DNA of 63,878 nucleotides, counting the filler, from Octopus bimaculoides (taxonomy: Eukaryota), in NCBI RefSeq assembly GCF_001194135.2. It is 7 parts of 7 records of this genome, joined end to end, with 100 filler letters (N's around TTAATTAATTAA, not from the genome) between each part and the next. Parts side by side here need not be neighbours in the genome. Positions count along the whole stretch, not along the records: positions 23,498 to 52,317 come from NC_069003.1; 6 more parts are not named here. The stretch is one strand, 5' to 3'. The first letter of the stretch is position 1. Each line of letters begins with the position of its first letter. This document shows positions 23,498-35,510 of the stretch, piece by piece. The notes below the pieces were generated by a model. That model searched no databases, was not told the origin of the DNA, and saw only the letters and a program-made list of their open reading frames with translations. A program made the translations under genes and the position numbers.

Positions 23498-24690
23498 AAT
23501 GGATGAAAAGCAAAGTTGACCTAGGTGGGGTTTGAACTCGAAACGTAGCTCACCACCTTTAATAATAATCTTTTCTACTATTGGCACAAGGCCTGAAAGG
23601 GGAAGTCAATTATATTGAGCCCAGTATTCAACAACTGGTACTTAATTTATCAACATCAAAAGGATGAAAAGCAAAGTTGACCTAGGTGGGGTTTGAACTC
23701 GAAACGTAGCTCACCACCTTTAATAATAATATTTTCTACTATTGGCACAAGGCCTGAAAGGGAAAGTCAATTATATTGAGCCCAGTATTCAACAACTGGT
23801 ACTTAATTTATCGACATCAAAAGGATGAAAAGCAAAGTTGACCTAGGTGGGGTTTGAACTCGAAACGTAGTTCACCACCTTTAATAATAACCTTTTCTAC
23901 TATTGGCACAAGGCCTGAAAGGGGAAGTCAATTATATTGAGCCCAGTATTCAACAACTGGTACTTAATTTATCGACATCAAAAGGATGAAAAGCAAAGTT
24001 GACCTAGGTGGGGTTTGAACTCGAAACATAGCTCACCACCTTTAATAATAATATTTTCTACTATTGGTACAAGGCCTGAAAGGGGACGTCAATTATATTG
24101 AGCCCAGTTTTCAACAACTGGTACTTAATTTATCGACATCAAAAGGATGAAAAGCAAAGTTGACCTAGGTGGGGTTTGAACTCAAAACGTAGCTCACCAC
24201 CTTTAATAATATTTTCTACTATTAGTACAAGGCCTGAAAGGGGAAGTCAATTATATTGAGCCCAGTTTTCAACAACTGGTACTTAATTTATTGACATCAA
24301 AAGGATGAAAAGCAAAGTTGACCTAGGTGGGGTTTGAACTCAAAACGTAGCTCATCACCTTTAATAATAATATTTTCTACTATTGGTACAAGGCCTGAAA
24401 GGGGAAGTCAATTATATTGAGCCCAGTTTTCAACAACTGGTACTTAATTTATCGACATCAAATGGATGAAAAGCAAAGTTGACCTAGGTGGGGTTTGAAC
24501 TCGAAACGTAGCTCACCACTNNNNNNNNNNNNNNNNNNNNNNNNNNNATTGGTACAAGGCCTGAAAGGGGAAGTCAATTATATTGAGCCCAGTTTTCAAC
24601 AACTGGTACTTAATTTATCGACATCAAATGGATGAAAAGCAAAGTTGACCTAGGTGGGGTTTGAACTCGAAACGTAGCTCACCACTTTTA
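23498..24690 (-). repeat. 161-bp tandem array derived from an internally deleted SINE B
   Basis: CCTAGG landmark at 23520, 23681, 23842, 24003, 24164, 24322, 24483 and 24649. Confidence 0.95.
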
Positions 24691-25103
24691 ATAATAATAA
24701 TAATAATAATGATGATGATGATGATTAATAATTATAAGCTTGTTGTTCATCACAAGCACCCTACAAAAATAGCCAAATTCCACAAAGGTCTGTAAAGAGA
24801 TGAGGTGACAGAAATTTATATGGTATTTCCGTCAGAATATTTGCTGTTTGTTTTTTGACTTATTTTCTTAATAGAGGAGGGGGGGGTGAGGCGGGTGAGG
24901 GGTGAGGGGGAGGAGGAGAGCCCCTTTTCAGGGCCTCTAGGATTGGTAGGAGGAACCTCTCTTGTTACTGGAGACCTGCCTCAAATACGTTGACTTGGAC
25001 TTCGTCATACCTTTGTTAGTTCTGTACAAATATAAATCCTTCATTACACCTGTACTTAATTAATGTTGCAAAGACCTGTTTATTTATCGAAATGTAATAG
25101 AGC

Positions 25104-25154
<51 letters not shown>

Positions 25155-25498
25155 ACAACATAGTCTATTAACTTGCTAGAAACAACAGACAAATCTTTCT
25201 CATGTCACTCTGCTGTCTTGAAAAAAAGGAAGGCCACACTGGATAATGTAGTATAAGATTGACTAAATCTGGAAAGACAAGATTGTCATGGTTACAACGT
25301 CTTAGATTATAGGATTGCTAAACTAAGGCTGACCTGGGACTAAACAACATTCCTTCTCCAGCAAATAGCTAAAAGGTCCAAAAATTGAAATGAGTGTTTA
25401 ATGTTAAATCTGGAGAAGAAATAATTCAAATCTACTAAAAATGAAAATATTTCAAAATTCTGTATCTAGCCTGTCAAAAAAAATGAAAAAAGTAAAGT

Positions 25499-25573
<75 letters not shown>

Positions 25574-26052
25574 TCATCTTCATTTAACATCCATTTTCCA
25601 TGGGTTGGATGGTTTGACAAGAGCTGGCCAATCAGAAAACTGCACTAACCTTTGCTGTCTGATTTAGCAAGGTTACCATTAATTAATAATATTGTTGATA
25701 GAGAAGGACATAAAGGAGAGGACAAGCATGCCTTGCCCTGCATTATATTCTGAGACTAACATTTACTCGCATGTCTAGGCAGTTATTGGAAATGAATTTT
25801 ATGTCAGTATTCCTGAGGGGAAACTTAAAGCCATACCTGGAGACAACAGTAAAAAACCATAAAAGACTTCTCTCTCTCTCTCTCTCTCTCTAATAAAACT
25901 GGTCTACAAAAGTTTCTAGAAGAGATGGAAAAATCAAAAATCTCACCCAATGTGATGAAATACCATAACGTTGACCTTAAATAATTCTCTAGTGAACTGA
26001 TCAACAAGGATATGGACAGACCTTAGATACTTCTTTTCAAAGCTTCCTTTAA

Positions 26053-26273
26053 CCCTTTTGTTACCGTATTTCTATTGAGATGTTCTGTGTTTTGTTCAAT
26101 TAATTTTAAATAAAACAAAGAATTTAGTAAAATAACTTAGTTATCATTCAGCTAGTGTTACGAACATAAATTGTGACTAAGGTTTGGGGGAAGATTTTAA
26201 TTCAAAACTCATGAAAACAAGACATTTGTACTCAGAGCCAGAATCGGTTTCAGCCAGGTTGGTAACGAAAGGG
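26053..26273. mobile_element. piggyBac-like MITE
   Basis: 13-bp TIRs CCCTTT(T/C)GTTACC; TTAA at 26049-26052 and 26274-26277. Confidence 0.8.
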
Positions 26274-26614
26274 TTAAAACAGTTAAGTTCTATAGCATGT
26301 TGTGCCTGGGCAATAACAGGAACACAAGCAGAAGATATCTCTGGACGTTTCTCCATCTTTGTTATAATTTGCACTTGGGTTTCGTTTTCTGCAAAAAACG
26401 AACTTGCAGACTTTAACTGAGAGCATTTTTACATTCTAAATAATTAATCTGGATTGGATACGCTCTGTGAAGACCAAATATACCATTGGTCACTCTTTTG
26501 AATCACACGAAAATAAAAAAAAAAGACCAAAAACAAATCCACAGATCTTTATCATGTAGGAGCTTTGAAGAAAACAGACATTTTCCAAGTTAACGATATT
26601 AGAACCAGAAGCAA

Positions 26615-27060
26615 TATTGGATTCAAATTTTGGCACAAGGTCAGCAATTTCAGGGGAGGGGGGTAGGTCAGTTACATGAAGCCCAGTGCTCAACTGGTAC
26701 TTATTTTATCGACCACAAAAGGATGAAAGGCGAAGATGACCTCAACAGAATTTTGAATGTCAAGATGGACAAAATGTTGCAAAGCATTTTACCTAGCATG
26801 CCAAAAATTCTGAAAGCTCAACACCTAATAATAATAATAACAATGGTTTCTAGTTTTGGCATAACACCAGCAATTTCAGGGAAGCGCCTAAGTCAAATAT
26901 ATCAACCCCAGTGGACAACTGGTACTTATTTTATCGACCCCCAAAAGGATGAAAGGTAAAGCCGACCTCAGTAGAATTTTGAACATACAACGATGGATGA
27001 AATGCCACTGAGTATTTTGCCGGGCATGTCAACAATTCTGCCAGCTCATCACCTTAACGA
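26615..27060 (-). mobile_element. Two head-to-tail SINE family B copies
   Basis: Repeated ACTGGTACTTATTTTATCGACC...AAAGGATGAAAGG core, joined by (AAT)n. Confidence 0.7.
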
Positions 27061-27211
27061 GAAGCAATATTAATATTTAATGCACTTTCACGTCTTCCCA
27101 CAGACACTAAGTGAAGATGGAATTTAAATGGCCACTGATTTATAAATGATATCTATTATATTATGGACTTATACTCCTTGCAGAAACAGATGTTGAAGGA
27201 AGAGAGAAGAT

Positions 27212-27405
27212 ACAGTTCTATGTTTAAGAGATGAGGAATTATGCACATTATTTACATTATTTACCTTTGATGGATATTTGTCCTCATCTTGTTTGTTGCT
27301 AACACAACATTTCGGCTGATATACCCTCCAACTTTCATCAGGTGTCTTGGGGAAATTTAGAACCTGGGTTCTTATTCCTAAGTTATTTTTCAATATTGTT
27401 GTTGC

Positions 27406-27437
<32 letters not shown>

Positions 27438-27599
27438 TCAGTGCCTGGAATCGAACTTGAAGTCTTGGGGTTAGTAACCCGCATTCTTAACCACTACGCC
27501 ACATGCCCACGAGCATATGAAGGCTGGAAGGTGTATCAGCCGAAACGTTGTTAACAACAAACAAGATGAGGACAAATATCCATCAAATGTAAATAATGT
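27212..27599. mobile_element. Family P1 copy 2: minus arm with tRNA-like head plus a short inverted arm
   Basis: Minus arm 27212-27508, plus arm about 27515-27599; 13-bp TSD GAAGAGAGAAGAT at 27199-27211 and 27600-27612. Confidence 0.85.
27435..27508 (-). other. tRNA-like Pol III head (A box TGGCGTAGTGG, B box GTTCGATTCC) at the 5' end of the P1 element
   Basis: GGGCATGTGGCGTAGTGGTTAAGAATGCGGGTTACTAACCCCAAGACTTCAAGTTCGATTCCAGGCACTGACC; imperfect cloverleaf. Confidence 0.65.
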
Positions 27600-28059
27600 G
27601 AAGAGAGAAGATGTTGAAGGTAGAGAAAAGGTCCTTATCATCAAGGATAAATAGGGTAACCTAATGATTTGTGCAACAGAATATATTCCGGCAGGATTAG
27701 GGTTATTTTTTTTTTAAAAAGGGAAGGTTTCTTTTTTGTTTTTGTTTGTTTTAGAAGTGCCACAGCCCTCCACCACTACTTTCATCAACTGCAATCACTG
27801 TCATTNNNNNNNNNNNNNNNNNNNNNNNNNNNNNNNNNNNNNNNNNNNNNNNNNNNNNNNNNNNNNNNNNNNNNNNNNNNNNNNNNNNNNNGCGAGCAAT
27901 CATTGTCATTTCTCAACTCTCATTTTTTAAAAATTTTATTTGAGTTAAAAAAAATTTTTTTTAAAAATGAACATTTATATTGTTGTTTGTGAAGTTAAAA
28001 AAAAAAAAAGAATTAAAAAAAACAAAATCTCAGCAGAAATCAGTGACAGGATGTTAGCT

Positions 28060-28490
28060 TTAAATCCAGTACAAGATGACATCTTTACCAACAGGCGATA
28101 GTATATGACAACCAGACGATGTTACCTTTACCAGCAGACGATTGCATATTCACCTCCGGATGCTGGAATCTTTATGAAGAGAAAGATGATGGCATTTTCA
28201 CAGTAGAGGCAAAAATGGCACCTTTACTTACGAGATGAGAGCATATTTACAACCAGGTGATGGTGATATATATGTATGTGCATGAGTGTATATGTATGTA
28301 TATATACACACATATCACCACTAGAGGAGGGTACCTTTAATACCTGAAAATGGTAGAGCATTACCACATCTTGAGAATGCAATATTTACCCAAATAGAAT
28401 GCTTTTGCAGGAGTTCATGTATGCATGTATATATATACATGCATATATCACCCATATGTGGTACTTTTACCACCAGAGAAGATGGTACAT
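28060..28490. repeat. Decayed minisatellite, unit about 22 bp (consensus near CGATGGCATCTTTACCACCAGA)
   Basis: About 8-10 diverged units, interrupted by (TA/TG)n. Confidence 0.5.
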
Positions 28491-29331
28491 TGGCTGCCAA
28501 ACTGAACCATTTTCATTTTCTGTACAAGTCACCATCAATGATGGTGTCCTTGTTCATTATAAATTCTATGAGACAAATGAATTTACCATTTATAGGGCCC
28601 TGTCCATATGGCAGTCATTTCGCATAATAAGAATGTACCTGCATGCGTGTGCTTGTACGTGTGCGAGTGTAAGTTCGAGTGCATGGTTTGTTAATGCGAA
28701 GAATCGTCGTAGAGATGTGAAAAAAATTGTAAACATGGCAAGATGTTTCCACGTTTGCAGAGGCCTTGCATTGCTTGCATGAGCAACCATATTTCACTGG
28801 CTCGGAGGCTGCGGTAGAGCAGCGGCAGTGTCTGTTGTTGATATCACTCACTGTATCACTGATGAAAAAGGAAAAAAAAAAAAAATAGAAGCAAAACCCC
28901 ATGAGGTCAACAATGTACATCGTAGATAAACTGGCAGGTACTCTATTTTTCAACTTTTATTTTTTTTCATTTTTTTTTTTTTAACACATCGCATGGTGAA
29001 GAGCTTCTTGAAGTTTGAGACATTATCCAGAGTTTTAATTTATGTAAATCAGCAGGATGACTGGTTTAGAAATGGAGGGAAAAGATTTTAAGTTGCTAAT
29101 GCTGCTGCAGCAGATCATTTCTTTGTGCTCTCTCTCTCTTTCTCTCTATCCCAGATTCTGAAATCAAATCTGTGTACCATATTGGGAATTTGTTGTGTGA
29201 AAAGATGAAATAGAAAATGTTGCACACTTTAGGAAATCCTGGAAAAAGAAATAAAGAAAAAAATTATTAGAAGACAATTTATAATTCAGAGATAAGATTT
29301 TACTTTCCAAAGGGAAAAATAAAACACATAC

Positions 29332-29377
<46 letters not shown>

Positions 29378-29685
29378 ATATATAACGTGGAGTAGATGAA
29401 AGAGGGACAACTGACGAAGGGGTATACTCTTTATGTTGCATGTATCGTTTCTGTTTTTTTTTTGTTTTTTTCGTTGTTCGTAAAAAGTCATTTTCTATGT
29501 TTTCGTTTTTATGTTTTCCTTTCTCATTGTGTTTAGCGTTTTCTTGATGTCCTGTACCCATATATGCATGTATGTATACATATACATGTAGGTATGTACA
29601 TATATATATGGATATATGCATATATTTGTATATTATTTATATTATTATTATATATATATATATATATACACACATACATATACAT

Positions 29686-30240
29686 ATGGGCCTCACAGAG
29701 GCAATGACAGAAGACCGAGACCTCTGGAGATATGCTGTCACTGAGAAGACCAAGTAAATTAAGTGAGTTCACAGCTGTAACCTATACTAGTGTCGCATAA
29801 CCAGCCCACTCAAAAGTACCTTGGATTGTAGGGTGACATGCTGTGCTTGAGGAAACCTATTGAGCCAGGTACATCAACATCAACAGCAAAATCAAAACCA
29901 AATCAAATGTAAATTGTGGTTGTGACCCCCATGCCGGTGGCACGTAAAAGGCACCATCCGAACATGGCCGATGCCAGTGCCACCTTGACTGGCTTCCGTC
30001 TGGTGGCACGTAAAAAACACCAACTGATCATGGTCGATGCCAGCTCCTCTGGGCCCTGTGCCGGTGGCACATAAAAAGCACCCACTACACTCTCGGAGTG
30101 GTTGGCGTTAGGAAGGGCATCCAGCTGTAGAAATACTGCCAGATCAGATTGGGGTCTGGTACAGCCTCCTGGCTTCCAAGACCCCTGTCGGACCGTCCAA
30201 CCCATGCCAGCATGGAAAGCGGACGTTAAACGATGATGAT
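29686..30240 (+). mobile_element. RTE LINE 3' end: ORF terminus, 3' UTR and (GAT)n tail
   Basis: GLTEAMTEDRDLWRYAVTEKTK* followed by GTTGGCGTTAGGAAGGGCATCC...GGACGTTAAACGATGATGAT. Confidence 0.85.
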
Positions 30241-31371
30241 ATATATATATACACATGCATACGTGTGTGTGTGTGTGTGCGTTTGCATGCATGTATACAT
30301 ATATATGTATGTATGTATACACATACAAGTATATATACAGTATACTCAGGCAAACCATCCAACAGGCTTCTGCACAGTCTCACCAACCAGACAACCTGAT
30401 TCTGCTCAAAGGATTTGACTCTACCAGAAGTGTCACACAGCAAGATTGAAACTGGGAACTATGTGGTTACAGAACAAACTTCTTAATCATGTAGCCATGC
30501 CTCAAACACCACCAACACCACCGACAGCTTCGACAGCTTCGACACTGCTAATGTTAACAAACCATTGACAACAGACAAGGCCAGGTGTAGTGGTGAGGTG
30601 TATGAGAGAAGTGAGTGGTAATATTTGTACAGACAGGGCATATTTTATGAGGGGGGTGGGGTGGGTGGGAGAAAGTGGAAATAGAGAGAAGGAGGGAGGA
30701 GAGGAGGGAAGGAAGAAGCGAGGTCAAAGTGACACTGGAAGATATGTGACAAGCCAGCAACTGGTGAATGGGGAATGGGCCAAACAGCAGAGCATACACA
30801 GGGTTGTCACTCAGTACAAACTTGTATGTGACAGATGGGGGGGGGGAGAAGAAGTTTTTCCTCAGTCAGTCAGTGGTGAGGGTCACTGACACAGTATAAG
30901 CAAAAAGGAACAGAGAAGGAGGGCCACATGTAATGGAAAGCCGCAGATCAATAAATACAACGCCCTCCGTCACATGTTGTCGTACATGTAGCGGTGTGCC
31001 AAAGAAGTCTGCTTATGAACTACATGGATTCAGGTTCAATCTCAGGGGGTAGAGGAGTTTTCTACAATATCTTCAGGGTGCCACAAAGCTTTTATCGATT
31101 TGGTTGTTTGTTTTACGTCCATTTTTTTCCATGCTGGTATGAGTTAGATGAATGCATTTATTATCTTTCACTAGTTCCATTCGCCAGACAGTGGCCATCC
31201 TGGGGCACCACCTCACAGGGTTTAGCCAAACGAGTGAACAAATCAACCCCCATCCAGTATTTATTTTTCAAGTCCAGGACTGCTAAGTTACAGGGACATA
31301 ATCAAACCAACATCAGTTGTCAAGTGATGGGTGTGAGTACAAATAAACACAAGGACACATACATACATACA

Positions 31372-31460
31372 GGCGCAGGAGTAGCTGTGTGGTAAGAAGT
31401 TTGCTTCTCAATCACATGGTTCTGGGTTCAGTCCCACTGTGTGGCACTCTATGAAAGCCT
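31372..31460 (+). mobile_element. SINE family A head
   Basis: GGCGCAGGAGTAGCTGTGTGGTAAG...GGGTTCAGTCCC. Confidence 0.8.
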
Positions 31461-31461
31461 G

Positions 31462-31501
<40 letters not shown>

Positions 31502-31559
31502 TATTTGTTTCAGTAGTATATACCTTTTATTTGTTTCGTGTGTGTGTGTGTGTGTGTGT

Positions 31560-31885
31560 AGCACGTGAAAAACAACATTCGAGCATGGCCGTTGCCAGTG
31601 CCGCCGGACTGGCTCCCGTGCAGGTAGCACATAAAAAACACCTTTTGAGCATGGCCGTTGCCAGAACCGCCTGACTGGGCCTTATGCCGGTGGCATGTAA
31701 AAGCACCCACAATACTCTCGGAGTGGTTGGCATTAGGAAGGACATCCAGCTGTAGAAACATTGCCAGATCAGATTGGCGCCTGGTGCAGCCTTCTGGCTC
31801 GCCAGTCCTCAGTCAAACCATCCAACCCATGCCAGCATGGAAAGCAGATGTTAAACGACGATGATGATGATGACGATGACGATGG
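31560..31885 (+). mobile_element. RTE 3' UTR copy
   Basis: Homologous to 29930-30240; (GAT)n tail. Confidence 0.8.
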
Positions 31886-31893
31886 TATATATA

Positions 31894-32344
31894 GACGAGG
31901 GGTGTGCTGAAAATTATTGTGAAAGGCCAGGTTGCACATCCAACCTTCTGAGTTCTTTTACAGGGTTTAGAAAAACTGAAGGACCACTGCAATAAGTTCG
32001 TGAATCCATGAAGGGAAGACATTCGATAAAACCATAATTAACTGACCCTCCTGTATTTTCTTATTTCTTTATTGCCCACAAGGGGCTAAACACAGAAGGA
32101 ATAAACAAGGACAGACAAAGGGATTAAGTCGATAACATCGACCTCAGTGCGTAACTGATACTTAATTTATCGACCCCGAAAGGATGAAAGGCAAAGTCGA
32201 CCTTGGCGGAATTTGAACTCAGAACGTACTGGCAGACGAAATACCGCTAAGCATTTTGCCCGGCGTGCTATCGTTTCTGCCAGCTCGCAACCCTCCTGTA
32301 TTTTCTCTTACTCAAGGCCAGGAACTTTTCAACACCCCCTTGTA
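31894..32344 (+). mobile_element. Mariner-derived MITE interrupted by a SINE B
   Basis: TIR-like ends GACGAGGGGTGTGCTGAAAA / TTTTCAACACCCCCTTGTA; transposase C-terminal remnant GLEKLKDHCNK. Confidence 0.75.
32062..32289 (-). mobile_element. Full-length SINE family B with 17-bp TSD
   Basis: TSD ACCCTCCTGTATTTTCT at 32045-32061 and 32290-32306. Confidence 0.9.
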
Positions 32345-32841
32345 CATGCATGCACCTGCACATACACACACACAACAAGCTTCTTTTAGTTTCCATCTAA
32401 AATTCACATTTTATTCTCTCATACAACAACAGAAAAACACACACATACATTAGACAACAGAATGGCCATGGTTGGAATGTCTTTGACTGTAGCCTTGCTT
32501 GGTTAGGGCTGCTGTATGGTGCTAAAGAACAGCAAACAACAAAATGGTTTGTGCAGTGACCACCCCTACAGAAATAACCAAGTTGAGGATAACTTACATG
32601 ATATTTAAGTGTGGTTCTCAACATTCTCTTTTTGTAAATCTTTCAATGGGATCTGATGTTCAACGGTCGAAAGAAGGTCTAAGCCCCCGTCCGGCGAGTT
32701 GGAGCCATAACCCCCTTTGGAAGACATCTGGACCTGAATGCAATTTAACTGGAAAAGAACAAAAAACAAAAAAAAAACACAAGTTATTAACATGGGGGTC
32801 AGAGGACACAGGAAATTGTTATTTAGAAAATTATGGGATAC

Positions 32842-32879
<38 letters not shown>

Positions 32880-34120
32880 ATAGTAGAGTAACGTGAAATA
32901 AAAATATTTAGCACAAGAACAAAACATACTACCCAATCTGGGAACTGAACACACGATCTGGCAATCTTGAGTGCAACACTCTAACTACTAGGCCATGTTC
33001 CAGTGATCTGATGAGCTGGCTTTCTCTAATTGCATTGATTTGTAAATATACAACAGTATTGTGTAATGCCAAACATGCATATCAATGCAAACATGTAACC
33101 ATAATTTCTTCCACCCTGAAATTAATACTATATGAAGAAGGTTGCGAAACAGCTGTAATCCTAAAGATGTCACATGGTAAAATAGATATATATATATATA
33201 CGTTTACTTCTCAACCACACAGCCAAGGTTGAGTCTATAATGAGTAATTCTGAAGAAGGATTGGTTATTAGCAGATCAAGTGGAATGCATAAAGACCTTT
33301 CTTGTTGGCAAGTAAACAAAAAAAGAATGGATATTTTTTCCTTTTTTCGTTTGTAAGTGGAATTCTAAATATAGGAGAAAATGGATGTTTTCCTGAGAAA
33401 TATAAGATTTCCTAGGTAAGGGCCACATGACCGATTTATCAGCCATGAAGAAGAGTAGCAACAGGAAAAGAAGAGGAGTGGTAAGAGGATGATGACGATG
33501 ACAACAAGGACAAGGAATGTTCTCCAACAGGGAAATATATTTGTTGACTGCTGACCCAACAGAGATAACAGCTGGCTGGCTGGCTGGCTGCAACTGCTAT
33601 TGCTGTGTCAGCAGCTCCATCACAAAAGGATCGGTCTTCACATCAAGAGCATCAGATAGGATTGGCTCAATGATTGGAGAAGAAGGGAGAAAGAGAGGAA
33701 AATAAAAGGAGAAAAACGAAGAAGAAATGGCAGAGAGAGAGAGAGAGAGAGAGAGAGAAGCAGAGAAATGAAGGCATGATGGTGAAGAATGTGGACATTG
33801 TCTGATGTTAATTACACTTGCAATCTAGGTAGCATTTCAACATCAACTTATGTTTCAAAACAACAAAACAAAAGCTAATTGCTTAACTTAACGAGGGAAA
33901 TTAAAACAACGTAGATCACATGAGAAAGAGTTGAGTTATGAAATGTTTATGGTGGATGAATAATAACGCTCGCAGTTTCTGTCGTGTCGTTCCTTTATTC
34001 ATTCCGTTAAGCATGACTAACTGGCAATGTATGGTGAGGGGTTTGAAGAGAGCAGGGCCTGGAAATCCTTAACCCTCCTGGTTGACTCCTCAACATTTTG
34101 AAAAAATTATTAGGAGCAAT

Positions 34121-34592
34121 AGTGGTTGTGTGGTAAGAAGCTTGCTTCTCAACCACATGGTTCCAGGTTCAGTCCCACTGAATGTAAGAGCACCCACTAC
34201 ACTCTCGGAGTGGTTGGCGTTAGGAAGGGCATCCAGTTATAGAAACAATGCCAAATCAGATTGGAGCCTGGTGCAGCCATCTGGTTCACCAGTCCTCAGT
34301 CAAATCGTCCAACCCATGCTAGCATGGAAAGCGGACTTTAAACGATTAATAATAATAATAATAATAATAATAATGGTTTCAAATTTTGCCACAAGGGCAG
34401 CTATTTTGGGGGACGGGATGAATCAGTTACATTGACCCAAGTGTTCAACTGGTACTTACTTTATCAACCACCACCCCGAAAAGATGAAAGGCAAAGTCAA
34501 CCTCAGCAGAATTTGAACTCAGAACGTAGCAACAGGCAAAATACCACTCAGCATTTCGCCCAGTGTGCTAACAGTTCTGTCAACTTGCCGTC
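34121..34592. mobile_element. SINE A head fused to an RTE 3' UTR (+, 34121-34345), then a SINE B (-, 34370-34592)
   Basis: Junction at 34180/34181; motif matches to the other copies. Confidence 0.75.
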
Positions 34593-35141
34593 CTTATAAT
34601 AATAATAATTTATACTCATAGATATACACATAAATACACATATATACATAACACATAAATACACATATATACATAACACACATACACATACATATACATA
34701 TATATATAAGGACCCCTTAATTCCCAAATGCAATAGATGTACTTACATGGTTTCGACTTCCTTCTTCACCAGACATGCCATAGCTCCTATTTCCTACATC
34801 ACCAGACCCTACGTGTCCCGTGTGTTGGAAATTTGTTGGTAGACCTATCATACTTGCGTCGATTTTTCTTCGCCGCCTTTTTTGCTGGAAAATAACAATA
34901 AAAATATAAATAAATCATAAGCGTGTATGCATGAGTACATGTGTGTGTGTGTGTGTGTTATTCGATTTTGAAGTTCTGGTGAAGCTATAAGATGATACAC
35001 AAGCACACAACCATGAGAACATTGCAACTTATACCAGAAACAGCTGTAAGGAAATGAAGCTAATTACATAATTTATTGTTTCTTTGCCATTTATATAATC
35101 TCATATTCATGCATGGAAGATGGAGAATAAATGATGATGAT

Positions 35142-35184
<43 letters not shown>

Positions 35185-35354
35185 TATATATATATATATA
35201 TCTATATATATATATACATATACATAAAGGAAATAATATTAATATAGATGCATAAAGGTTGAATGTGGGTTCATCCTTTAATTGGAAATTTCCAAAAAAG
35301 ATTTCTAATGTTGATTCTTCATATTTTGCTGGGAGTTTCCAGGTGTAAATTTGC

Positions 35355-35510
35355 GAAGAGTGGTTGGCATAAGGAAGGGCATCCAGCTGTAGAAACTCTG
35401 CCAAATTAGATTGGAGCTTGGTGCAGCCTTATGGTTAGCCAGTCCTCAGTCAAATCGTCCAACCCATGCTAGCATGGAAAGTGGATGTTAAACGATGATG
35501 ATGATGATGA
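35355..35510 (+). mobile_element. Short RTE 3' terminal copy
   Basis: GTGGTTGGCATAAGGAAGGGCATCC...GATGTTAAACGATGATGATG. Confidence 0.8.

Noticed and set aside
23498-24690. CRISPR-like array (also 44150-44790)
   Set aside because: Whole units repeat with no unique spacers, there are no cas genes, and the context is eukaryotic.
28906-28927. MYIVD peptide readable on both strands
   Set aside because: Caused by a short imperfect palindrome (ACAATGTACATCGT); no further support.
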